Assembly (NCBI GenBank): GCA_021513695.1
Contig: CP084166.1
Coordinates: 224,001-288,000 of the forward strand
From: Candidatus Heimdallarchaeum aukensis
Lineage (GTDB): Archaea > Asgardarchaeota > Heimdallarchaeia > Heimdallarchaeales > Heimdallarchaeaceae
Direction of reading: 5' to 3'
DNA: 64,000 bases
Shown here: positions 1 to 8,885 of the stretch, piece after piece
How the letters are laid out: every line of letters starts with the position of its first letter
How positions within the stretch are numbered: the stretch's first letter is position 1
Program-made: the position numbers and the translations under genes
The notes under the pieces: model-generated
The model's database searches: none
What the model was told of the DNA's origin: nothing
Seen by the model: the letters and a program-made list of their open reading frames with translations, nothing else

Positions 1-980
1 TCTAATAATTGATTAGCAGCAACAACAACAGAAGCTGAAGCAGGTTCAATAAATAAGCCTTCTTTTTTTGCTAAAAGAAGGGCTTGATCTATCATTTTTT
101 CTCCCTCTATTTCAATTTCTTTTCCTTTAGTTTTTAGAAGAATATCGCCGATTTTTTGAGAAAGTGTCTGAGGTGTAGGAATCTTTAGAGATTCTGCATA
201 AAAGTCTAAATCTTCTTGTTTCAAAGACACAGCATAAAATGAGGGGATTTTTTCTATCCAACCAGATGCTAAAGCATCTTCAAAACCCCTATATATAGAA
301 TAGAAAAGAGAGCCAGAACCTTTTGGAATAATAATATTTTCAATTGTTTCAGATAAGTGAGCGATTTCTAAACCTATAGTTTTCTGACCTTCAACAGTCA
401 AAATATTGTCAGATGAAGCGAAAAAAACTCCACCCTTTTGTAGTTCTCTCCCCTTCTCAATTGCTTCTTCAGTAGTAGAACCATGTTCGACTACTTTACT
501 TCCATAAACTTTCATCTGTTCAATTTTTGATAATTCTAAATTCGAAGGTACAATGTTAGTGAGTTCTAAACCTGCTAATGCAGAGTAAGCTGATAAACTT
601 ATGCCTAAAGAACCAGAACTAGAGCACACCAGTTTAGAAATAGAGGAAGAAGAAAGATAAGAAGCAATAAGTGAAGATGCACGGTCTCTGAATGATCCAG
701 TTGGATTTCTAAATTCAAGTTTTAGTTTTAATCCTTTTAGTGATGAAATGTTGTTAATTAATAAAATAGGTGTATTTCCTTCAGACAATGTATAAACCTT
801 CTCTAGTGAAGGTAAAAAAGGACTGAATGACCATATATTTGATATTTTTATCTTACTTTTTTCAGGTCCTTGAATAGGGTCTATGTTTTGGATAGAACCA
901 CAAAAAGGGCAAAGAAGATCAAAATTAATAGATAATGTATCTTTCTTACATTTGATACAATACGGTTTTTTCTTCCACAT
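1..980 (-). CDS. Threonine-synthase-like PLP-dependent enzyme (fold type II), 5' partial at window edge. Has an N-terminal CxxC...CxxC zinc ribbon, and Arg at the position of the PLP Schiff-base Lys.
   Basis: Manual minus-strand translation from ATG (revcomp of 978-980): MWKKKPYCIKCKKDTLSINFDLLCPFCGS...LEFRNPTGSFRDRAS...VCSSSGSLGISLSAYSALAGLELTNIVPSN. The 'NPTGSF(K)DR' signature of ThrC/CysM-type enzymes is present, but the codon at 687-689 is AGA (Arg); I checked it is in frame with the start. Confidence 0.6.
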   Translation of the reverse strand, partial: MWKKKPYCIKCKKDTLSINFDLLCPFCGSIQNIDPIQGPEKSKIKISNIWSFSPFLPSLEKVYTLSEGNTPILLINNISSLKGLKLKLEFRNPTGSFRDRASSLIASYLSSSSISKLVCSSSGSLGISLSAYSALAGLELTNIVPSNLELSKIEQMKVYGSKVVEHGSTTEEAIEKGRELQKGGVFFASSDNILTVEGQKTIGLEIAHLSETIENIIIPKGSGSLFYSIYRGFEDALASGWIEKIPSFYAVSLKQEDLDFYAESLKIPTPQTLSQKIGDILLKTKGKEIEIEGEKMIDQALLLAKKEGLFIEPASASVVVAANQLL

Positions 981-991
981 TTTTTAGCTCC

Positions 992-1186
992 TTATTCTGT
1001 TAAAACAGGCTCTTCTTTTGGATCGATTCTAATATCGCTATTACAGAGTGCATCAAAAATTTCTTCGATCTTAAAAGAATCAGGGTCTTTAAAGTAGAGA
1101 TAAAGTTCCAAATCTCTCTTGATTAAGAAATCAAGAAGTTTTATAAGCAATTCTTTTTCTGTTTTTGAGTTAACAATAATTTGCAT
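992..1186 (-). CDS. Small hypothetical protein (64 aa) immediately upstream of, and co-oriented with, the ThrC-like gene
   Basis: ORF track. Its stop lies 12 bp from the downstream start, which suggests an operon. No recognisable motif and no C-terminal GG. Confidence 0.35.
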   Translation of the reverse strand: MQIIVNSKTEKELLIKLLDFLIKRDLELYLYFKDPDSFKIEEIFDALCNSDIRIDPKEEPVLTE

Positions 1187-1371
1187 TATATAAACATAGA
1201 TTTTCTATTCTTATATTTTTTGAATAAATATTACATTATTTTTGAATAAACAAAGTTGTCCTAAACATTCTTTAAATCAATATCTTTCATATTTTTTTGA
1301 TTTGAAAAATAATTGTTTTTAAGATAATTTTATAAATAACCTCTATCTTTTGATAAAATAAGGAGTTAAAA

Positions 1372-3081
1372 ATGCCACAGAAATTATGGAAATATATACC
1401 TTCAATACCTGATGAAATTGAAATACCAGATAAGAGTATTATTGAATTATTTAGAGAAACAGCTAGCAATTTTCAAGATTTACCACTAACTTATTTTGAA
1501 GGAAAATACAAAACCTACAAAGAAGTAGTTGATGACATTAATCGTTTAGCAAATGGTTTAAGAGATTTGGGTATAAAGAAAGGTGATAGGGTTGCAGCCT
1601 TTTTACCCAATAGCCCTCAATTTGTAGTAACTTTCTTAGCTGTACATTCATTAGGAGCTATTTTTACAGGTATTAGTGCACTCAGTTCCCAAAAAGAACT
1701 TCAATATCAACTAGAAGATAGTGGAGCAAAAGCTATAGTCACTTTTGATGTATTTTTAGACAAAGTCAGAGAAGTTAAAGGTGAAACATCACTAGAGCAT
1801 ATCATTGTCACATCTGCAGCTGATGAGTTGCCTTCAATTAAAGCATTTTTATATAGATTAATAATAGGTAGAAAGAATCCTAAAGTAAAAAATGAAATAA
1901 AATACAAGGATTTATTAAAGAAAAGTTCAAATGAACCAATTATTACAAAAGTAGATCCAAAGGAAGATATAGCAATTCTGCAATATACTGGTGGTACAAC
2001 TGGTGTAATGAAGGGTGCAATGCTTACTCACAGAAACTTAGTTGCCCAAGCGATTACTCTAGATTATTGGAAAAATTGGTTAGATAACGTGCCAGAAAAG
2101 CCATATAGAATAGTTGGAGCTTTACCGTTTTCTCATATTTTTGGACTTTCAACTTCGTTATTATGGCCTGCGATTGCTGGAGCAACAATATATCTGTTCC
2201 CTGACCCAAGAAAATTAGAAGCAATAATGAAGTCAATAGACAAATTCAAAATTCAATTTTTCATGGGTATTCCTGTAATGTTCTTGAAAATATCAGAACA
2301 TCCTAATGTGGATAAATATGATCTATCCTCTTTACTAATGTGCATTTCTGGAGGAGAATCCTTACCGCAAGTAACAGTTGAAAAATTTGAATCAAAAACA
2401 GGTAATGTTCTAGTTGAGGGATATGGTTTAACTGAATCTTCACCTGTTACACATGTCAACCCTGCAAATCGAAAATATAGGAAAATAGGAACAATCGGTA
2501 TACCAATACCTAATGTAAAAGCAATGATAGTCGATACAGATACATTAGAAGAAATAACAGAGTTTGGAAAACCAGGAGAATTATGGATTCGAGGACCTTC
2601 AGTGATGAAAGGATACTGGAACAATAAAGAAGCAACAGAAAACTCTCTAGTGAAAGGTTGGTTAAGAACAGGAGATATAGCTGTCATGGATGAAGAAGGG
2701 TTCTTTGCAATAGTAGATAGAATAAAAGATATGATTATCGTTTCAGGCTATAAAGTGTGGCCTAATGAAGTTGAGGATGTGCTATATAGTCACCCTGCAA
2801 TAAATATGGCAGCAGTAATTGGTGAAAAAGCTGAAACAAAAGAAATAGTAAAAGCATATCTAGTAAAAGAACCAGGACATGAAGAGTTGTCGCTAGAAGA
2901 AGTAAGAGAATATTGTAAGAAACACTTGGCTCCTTATAAAGTTCCAAGAAAAATAGAATACTTAGAAGAATTACCACGCACAGCTCTTGGAAAAGTTCTA
3001 AGAAAAGAACTAAGAGCATTATCAGCGGTAACATCTGCTCAATCATTACCAAAAGAAACTATTGAAAAACTAGCTAAATAG
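1372..3081 (+). CDS. AMP-binding acyl-CoA synthetase / long-chain fatty-acid--CoA ligase
   Basis: 569 aa. AMP-binding signature 'LQYTGGTTGVMKGAMLTHRNL' (YTSGTTGxPKG-like). C-terminal 'WLRTGD...VDRIKDMIIVSGYKVWPNEVE' is typical of the adenylate-forming superfamily. Confidence 0.85.
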   Translation: MPQKLWKYIPSIPDEIEIPDKSIIELFRETASNFQDLPLTYFEGKYKTYKEVVDDINRLANGLRDLGIKKGDRVAAFLPNSPQFVVTFLAVHSLGAIFTGISALSSQKELQYQLEDSGAKAIVTFDVFLDKVREVKGETSLEHIIVTSAADELPSIKAFLYRLIIGRKNPKVKNEIKYKDLLKKSSNEPIITKVDPKEDIAILQYTGGTTGVMKGAMLTHRNLVAQAITLDYWKNWLDNVPEKPYRIVGALPFSHIFGLSTSLLWPAIAGATIYLFPDPRKLEAIMKSIDKFKIQFFMGIPVMFLKISEHPNVDKYDLSSLLMCISGGESLPQVTVEKFESKTGNVLVEGYGLTESSPVTHVNPANRKYRKIGTIGIPIPNVKAMIVDTDTLEEITEFGKPGELWIRGPSVMKGYWNNKEATENSLVKGWLRTGDIAVMDEEGFFAIVDRIKDMIIVSGYKVWPNEVEDVLYSHPAINMAAVIGEKAETKEIVKAYLVKEPGHEELSLEEVREYCKKHLAPYKVPRKIEYLEELPRTALGKVLRKELRALSAVTSAQSLPKETIEKLAK

Positions 3082-3161
3082 ACTTTTTTATTTTTATTTT
3101 TGTTTTTATTTTTCTAAATTTTGGTCTTATTTTATTGGAAAATGAAGGTGATGTTAGTTTA

Positions 3162-4112
3162 TTACTTTGTTAGAAACTCAAGTTTCTCGATATTAATAAA
3201 ACCAAAACTCACTAGATTTGAAAATAAAGAGAGAAAATAGGGGAAAGAAATAATTAATTCTTCATTCTTAAAAATCTCATAAATATCGTAAATCGTATGA
3301 TTAATATTTCCACAGCATTCTTTTAGCATTTTTATGAAAAGTTTGTAAACTTTAACTGGTGTCATCGGGAAAATCTCATCAAAATTTTTTTCGAATATAT
3401 CAATATTTGTTTTGTAACTGTGTGGAATAGCGATTCTAGATTGTAATAACAAATCCAACTCTAGCAATGAAATATCATCAGGGGGATTTTCAATAATTCT
3501 ATCAATGTAAGCAGGGATAAAAGCTAGTGAAAAATTGTCTAAATAAACAAGCTGTTCTATTAAATCGTTAATTTTCTTAATCCACAGTTGAGCTATTTTA
3601 GTATTTAGTGATGAATTGATGCAGATCTTAGTTTCTATGAAGTTGAGAATAGAGTATTCAACAATTTCATTGCACTGTTTATCAGTATTATTGGAATTCT
3701 CTTCAAGATAGTATATTTCTTCTCTTAATTTGTCTATTATCTTAAGAGAGTATAGGTTTACTCCTCCGTAATCAATCGTTGGGGTTAATATTTGCTGATT
3801 ATATTTTGAAATTGATGGTATTGGAATCCCGAATTCTACATCTTGTTCTCCTATTATTGAAGGTGTTTTATCAATATCCGTACGCAAAAGAACATGAGAT
3901 CTAACTGAATTGTTAGTGTCTATAAAGAGTTTTGTAGCTCTTAATGAGCTATCTCCACACTCATGTACATCTACAAGTTCAAAGATATCTTTACCTTCGT
4001 TCAAAAAAGGTAAAATCGTCTTTGGAATGAAAATTATTCTTTGTTTTTGACATGCTGTACATAAATACTCTATTGAAACTCGAGATTCAGCTCTTATTGT
4101 CAATTTCTTCAA
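3162..4112 (-). CDS. Hypothetical protein with N-terminal Cys/His motif (CxxC...VHxC); paralog of 16127..16990
   Basis: 316 aa. 'EYLCTACQKQRIIFIP...LVDVHECGDSS...NSVRSHV...GIPIPSISK' aligns with 'EYQCNICLKQRIMGLP...IIDVHKCKGNK...NVRTQIP...GLPLPSPQK' of the second copy. Confidence 0.5.
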   Translation of the reverse strand: MKKLTIRAESRVSIEYLCTACQKQRIIFIPKTILPFLNEGKDIFELVDVHECGDSSLRATKLFIDTNNSVRSHVLLRTDIDKTPSIIGEQDVEFGIPIPSISKYNQQILTPTIDYGGVNLYSLKIIDKLREEIYYLEENSNNTDKQCNEIVEYSILNFIETKICINSSLNTKIAQLWIKKINDLIEQLVYLDNFSLAFIPAYIDRIIENPPDDISLLELDLLLQSRIAIPHSYKTNIDIFEKNFDEIFPMTPVKVYKLFIKMLKECCGNINHTIYDIYEIFKNEELIISFPYFLSLFSNLVSFGFINIEKLEFLTK

Positions 4113-4507
4113 TAAAAAGTATACTTAATTATTTATATATTTATACATACGGTTTTTCTTTCTACTCGATGTGAAGAGAAATACTTGTTGTATGTAATTT
4201 ACAGAAAATGAGAACTTAAGTTTCAATGAACATATGACCATTTTCTAGCCAAAAAAGACCTGAAAGAAAGTCAGTGTTTTGAAAATAAAAAGATAAAAAT
4301 TTATTTGAAAACAATTTTATTAAATAGAACCTTTGTCAAACAGTTTCAAAGTAAATAGAAGAATGTTTAGTATAGTTTTCTTTTTTAGTTTAAAAGATTT
4401 AAAAAGGGAGTTTATAGTTTAAGAAAAAAACATTTATTCTTTTAATTGAATATTGTTAGAGTAGATAAGTTTTAATAGAATAAAGGTGAATTATATTAAG
4501 TAAACCA

Positions 4508-5092
4508 GTGGTACAAATGAACTCATTGAATCAAAACATCTTTAAAATCGTACTCCTTGGAGAAGGAGCTGTAGGAAAAACCTCTTTAAAACGAACTTAT
4601 ATGGGTGAAGAATTCGTAGAAGGATATAAAATGACAGTAGGTGCTGATTTCGCAGTCAAGAAACTGGAGGTAGATTTCTACAAAATAACTTTGCAGATAT
4701 GGGATCTAGCAGGGCAACCTAGGTTTGATGCGGTAAGAGAGGCATACTATAGAGGAGCTAAAGGAGCTTTACTAGTTTTTGATATCTCTAGACCAGAAAC
4801 ATACGAAATACTACCTAAATGGCTAAATGAGTTAATAAAAAACAGTGGTGGACGAAAGGTACCAATAATTCTAATTGGAAATAAATCTGACTTGCGCGAA
4901 AAACATGATCAAACTGTTCCAATTAACTATGCTGAAGATTATGCTGAAAAGCTAACAATGTGGTCTGGATATCACGTGTCTTACGTTGAAACAAGTGCAA
5001 AAACGGGAGAAAATGTAGAAAAAGCCTTTAGTGAATTAGCTCTTCAACTTGTACGTAATTTAGAAAAATTAAAAGTTGAACTAGGGATATAA
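4508..5092 (+). CDS. Ras/Rab-like small GTPase (eukaryote-signature type)
   Basis: 194 aa. G1 'GEGAVGKTS', switch-II/G3 'WDLAGQPRF' (DxxGQ), G4 'GNKSDL' (NKxD), G5 'ETSAK'. This is a Rab/Ras-like layout rather than a bacterial Era/Obg one. Confidence 0.85.
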   Translation: MVQMNSLNQNIFKIVLLGEGAVGKTSLKRTYMGEEFVEGYKMTVGADFAVKKLEVDFYKITLQIWDLAGQPRFDAVREAYYRGAKGALLVFDISRPETYEILPKWLNELIKNSGGRKVPIILIGNKSDLREKHDQTVPINYAEDYAEKLTMWSGYHVSYVETSAKTGENVEKAFSELALQLVRNLEKLKVELGI

Positions 5093-5096
5093 AAAA

Positions 5097-5867
5097 TTAC
5101 TTTCTAAAATATGGTATTTTTACATAAGGTAATTTAATAATAAATTTGTCTTTTGAATAAACAATTATTCCACCAAGTCCTTTAACACAATGTTCGATAA
5201 AATCTTGTTCTATTGACTTTACTTTTTCTCTTTTACCTAAAGTTTCAACCAATTTAAACTTATCATAAAGATTAATTTTAAATACAAAATCCAGCATGTT
5301 CTGCTCATTACTGTATATAATTATAATCTCTGAATTTTTTTGTTGTTGCAATAAGGATTGAAACATAAGATATTCAAATAGGATATCGAGATTTTCATCT
5401 TTAACTATACATAAATCAGCAGAACCTTCAGGAAAAATAATGTCTGGAGATTGTTTAGTATAATGAGTGAGAAGATAGTGAGAAGTTAATTCTTTTATGA
5501 ACTCATGCAAGTTAACAAATGTCTTTTTGTACAATCTTCTAGATAATAACGTTATCAACTGTCTAGTAAATTTAATTTTAAAAATACTCTCTTCTAAAAG
5601 TAGAAGTGATTCATTATTCTCAAAACTTCCTTCTTTCATTGCTGATAAAATACTTAAATTATATACTGTATGGAGAAGATTTCCCATGTCATGGGTTAAA
5701 ATTTCAACTATTTTTGTTGTTCTTTGGTTTTCAGTCTCTATTTCTCGAGTCTTAATTTTTAGATTTTTACTTAACTGATAATTCCAAAGAAATAGAGATA
5801 TGATTAATATAAGTACTAAAGCGAATATAGAGACTACAGCGATTAGAAAAATTGCATAGCTATTCAA
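5097..5867 (-). CDS. Membrane-anchored protein with HisKA-like H-box (putative degenerate sensor histidine kinase)
   Basis: 256 aa. N-terminal TM helix (IFLIAVVSIFALVLILIISLFLW), a predicted coiled segment, then 'ILTHDMGNLLHTVYNL' resembling the H-box (sHELRtPL). The C-terminal ATPase motifs are weak ('GLGG' only). No response regulator is adjacent. Confidence 0.4.
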   Translation of the reverse strand: MNSYAIFLIAVVSIFALVLILIISLFLWNYQLSKNLKIKTREIETENQRTTKIVEILTHDMGNLLHTVYNLSILSAMKEGSFENNESLLLLEESIFKIKFTRQLITLLSRRLYKKTFVNLHEFIKELTSHYLLTHYTKQSPDIIFPEGSADLCIVKDENLDILFEYLMFQSLLQQQKNSEIIIIYSNEQNMLDFVFKINLYDKFKLVETLGKREKVKSIEQDFIEHCVKGLGGIIVYSKDKFIIKLPYVKIPYFRK

Positions 5868-5953
5868 GAATCTTCATTAATGTCTACATTTTATTACTTA
5901 TATTTTTTTTTAATTAGATAATGTGATGAAAAATAAAGAAAATAAAAAACGCT

Positions 5954-7330
5954 TTACCCTGAAACTGTAATATTGGCTATTGAAACAGCAGGAGCATCTA
6001 AAGGCCAAGGTGATTGTAGTACATCATCACCAATTGAAATAAAGTTTTCAAAGACTTGGTAATAGTTTCCTGCAATGCTTACAGATCTTAAAGGTAATGT
6101 ACGTTCTCCTTTTTCAATTAGAAAAGCGTTGTTTGAAGTTATACTGAAATCTCCTGTAATTACATTTGCTGTGAATAGTCCTATTGGTGTCTCTTCAATA
6201 TAGATTCCTTTATCTATTTCTGCTATCTGTTCTTCGAGGTTTTTCTTTACTGGTTCAACTACGAGTTTTCTAGGAGAAACACTTGGGATATTTTCGAAAG
6301 CAATTCCTCCCATCATACCTCCTCTGCTTGCATTAGCTGTTGTTTCTGTATTTGCAGCTTTAGCATACATTCTATCAAAGAGGAAAGTTTTCAAAATTCC
6401 TTTTTCGATGATTGAAGTTTTACCTACTGGGCTTCCTTCTCCGTCAATTGCTACTGTACTTTGACTTTCAGGTATTTGTCCGTCGTCAATTAAGTTGAAC
6501 CTTTCATCAGCAATCTTTTTACCTAGCTTGTCTCCTAAAGGATTCCTTTTTTCCACATATGCAGCTCCAGAGAGTGATTGCATAAATGGAACAGTAAGAA
6601 ATGCTGAAGAAGTATAAGGATGAAGTACAATAGGAAGTTTTTCACTCACATTAAAGGGTTTTGAACCTAAATGCTGAAAACCTTTTTCTACTGCTTTTTG
6701 ACCTAGTTCACTAATATCTTCATTCTTTCTACTAAGGACAAATTCAGATGCAGTTTTCCTATCTCCTTCTTTCATTACAACTGCATACGCTGATCCTCCA
6801 AAGACAGTAGATAAAGTAGAAACTAAACATCCTTCAGTAGTTCCAATAGCGTATCCTCTTACTACTTTTTCGACGTTTACAGATACACCTATGATTCTTT
6901 GATCATTTTTATCAACATTGTAAAGTAGTTCTGAAATTTTGTCTGCTAATTTCTCAGGAGTTAAATGTAAAACTTCATGGTCGAGAATACCATCTTTAGA
7001 TTGTTTACTTTCACTTACAAAACTTTCAAAAAGAGGATTTTTTGGGCTAGCTTTAGCAATAGCATAAGCTTTTCTTAAAGCTTCCTTGATTGATTTTTCA
7101 GAAAAACCAGTACAAGAGGAGAAACCTAGTTGTTTTCCTATTGCAACTCGAATTCCTACCCCCTGAACTACACCATCTCTACTGTCTACTTTACCTTTGT
7201 TTTCGCTTAAACTGGTCTCTAACGAATTATAAACAAAAGCTTCAGCAGACGGAATGTTAAGATCTCTAGCATATTTAATCGTAGTATCGGCAATATTCAA
7301 TATTTTTTCTCGTATTTCATTCAGTTCCAT
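5954..7330 (-). CDS. pmbA: PmbA/TldE-family protein (TldD/PmbA peptidase U62 family, partner subunit)
   Basis: 458 aa, adjacent to and co-oriented with TldD. The start overlaps the TldD stop at 7330. Typical PmbA length and Gly-rich C-terminal half. Confidence 0.75.
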   Translation of the reverse strand: MELNEIREKILNIADTTIKYARDLNIPSAEAFVYNSLETSLSENKGKVDSRDGVVQGVGIRVAIGKQLGFSSCTGFSEKSIKEALRKAYAIAKASPKNPLFESFVSESKQSKDGILDHEVLHLTPEKLADKISELLYNVDKNDQRIIGVSVNVEKVVRGYAIGTTEGCLVSTLSTVFGGSAYAVVMKEGDRKTASEFVLSRKNEDISELGQKAVEKGFQHLGSKPFNVSEKLPIVLHPYTSSAFLTVPFMQSLSGAAYVEKRNPLGDKLGKKIADERFNLIDDGQIPESQSTVAIDGEGSPVGKTSIIEKGILKTFLFDRMYAKAANTETTANASRGGMMGGIAFENIPSVSPRKLVVEPVKKNLEEQIAEIDKGIYIEETPIGLFTANVITGDFSITSNNAFLIEKGERTLPLRSVSIAGNYYQVFENFISIGDDVLQSPWPLDAPAVSIANITVSG

Positions 7331-8781
7331 TATTTTGCACCTCCAACTAAAACTTCATCTACAAGTAACTCTGCACCCCCAAGTCCAACAGGTAATGGAA
7401 ATTGTCCACCTTTACCACATCCACCAAAATAACCAGTCATAATGTTGAAATCTTTGGTTACTCCTTGAACTTGTTTGATTAATTCTAAGATATTTCCTGA
7501 AAGTGATGCATCTCTTACAGCATACTTTATCTCTCCATTTTCAACCCAATAACCTCTATTGCAATTGAATAGAAAGTTTCCATCTAAACCCACTTGACCA
7601 CCTGATGAAGAAACTGCATAAAAACCATCTTTAAGCTGTTCTAGAGCTTCCTCTAGACTTAAGTCTCCAGGAGCAAAGTAAGTATTTTTCATTCGTGGGA
7701 TAGGTGGATACATAAAGGTGATAGCTCTTGAATTTCCTGTTGGTTCAGCATTCATCTTTTTAGCTGTTCCTCTGTTATGTAAGTATCCTTTCAATACTCC
7801 TTTCTCTAAAAGAACAGTTTTGTCAGTTTTAATTCCTTGGTCATCATAAGGAAGCCACAGACCATTTGTTTCTCTTGGGATTGTTCCTTCATCGATAATT
7901 GTTGCCATTTCAGTACCTAAAACTTCGCCTATTTTATCAGATAATGGAGACATTCCAGTTACAACAAAATCACTTTCAGATAAATGTCCAAAGGATTCGT
8001 GAGCCAATACTCCTCCTAATCTCCATCCAATAAGGGCTTTCTGTTTTCCCGCTTTAATTGGCTTTGCTTCAGTTTGCTCTTTGCAATATTTTCCAGCATT
8101 GGTTCCAATTGTTTCAGGAAGATATTTCTCTTTTTCAAAAACTTCTAAACCAAGTGAAGAACCAATTCCATCAATACCCATAGCTCTTTTTCCTTCAATC
8201 ATGGATATAGCTTGTATTCGAAGGTCAACTATCAAAGGTTGCCAGAAGATTTCACTTTCTTCAGAATTCACAAAATATTTGTCTCCATATAGTTCTCCGT
8301 ATAACCCTGTTGTACTACTCGGTTGAATGTGATTTTCAATAGCTTTTACTCCCCGTTTTAACATGGATAATTTTTCATCAAACTCTACATTCTTAGGGTG
8401 CTTCTTTACCTCTGTAAATTGTTTATCAACAATAGGATTCTGTGTTTCAAATTCCATTTTGACTTTATTTCTAGGAGCTGTTGCTTTAGCTATCTTGACT
8501 GCATTTTCAACTGTCTGAAGAATACTTTCCCAGTTTCTCTCTGGAGTGAAAGAAAAACCAGGAGAACCATCGAAATAAGCCATTATTCCAAAACCTTTTC
8601 TTAATTTAGTAGAAGCCTCTCTAATTCTTTCGTTGAGCAGATTAACTGTCATTAAGCTCATATCATCGTATCTAGCCTCAACAAAATCTGCTCCTAAATC
8701 TAATCCTTTATTTACTGCTTTATGTAGTAAATCAAAAATATATTCGTCTATAGCCTTCATCTCGAAAACAACATTGCTCAA
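7330..8781 (-). CDS. tldD: TldD-family metalloprotease (peptidase U62)
   Basis: 483 aa. 'GGVLAHESFGHLSE' HExxxH-type metal-binding motif. Gly-rich C terminus 'GGCGKGGQFPLPVGLGGAELLV' is typical of TldD. Confidence 0.85.
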   Translation of the reverse strand: MSNVVFEMKAIDEYIFDLLHKAVNKGLDLGADFVEARYDDMSLMTVNLLNERIREASTKLRKGFGIMAYFDGSPGFSFTPERNWESILQTVENAVKIAKATAPRNKVKMEFETQNPIVDKQFTEVKKHPKNVEFDEKLSMLKRGVKAIENHIQPSSTTGLYGELYGDKYFVNSEESEIFWQPLIVDLRIQAISMIEGKRAMGIDGIGSSLGLEVFEKEKYLPETIGTNAGKYCKEQTEAKPIKAGKQKALIGWRLGGVLAHESFGHLSESDFVVTGMSPLSDKIGEVLGTEMATIIDEGTIPRETNGLWLPYDDQGIKTDKTVLLEKGVLKGYLHNRGTAKKMNAEPTGNSRAITFMYPPIPRMKNTYFAPGDLSLEEALEQLKDGFYAVSSSGGQVGLDGNFLFNCNRGYWVENGEIKYAVRDASLSGNILELIKQVQGVTKDFNIMTGYFGGCGKGGQFPLPVGLGGAELLVDEVLVGGAK

Positions 8782-8885
8782 GTATTAATAAATCTATACT
8801 TTCACTTTGAGCTAAATCATTTCACCCTTTGGTTAAAAATCTTTTTTTAACCGTTTTTCTTGATCTGATAAAGGTAAAGATAATT

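Noticed and set aside
1707-3052. Antisense ORFs inside the acyl-CoA synthetase gene (1707..1907, 2054..2236, 2253..2687, 2762..3052)
   Set aside because: They lie entirely within a well-supported 569-aa AMP-binding CDS on the opposite strand and are low-complexity. They are shadow ORFs.
5497-5778. 93-aa plus-strand ORF inside the HisKA-like gene
   Set aside because: It is fully embedded in the larger minus-strand CDS and is hydrophobic and low-complexity. It is a shadow ORF.
8081-8604. ORFs 8081..8326 and 8398..8604 on the plus strand
   Set aside because: They are embedded antisense within the TldD CDS, which has clear HExxxH and Gly-rich motifs.
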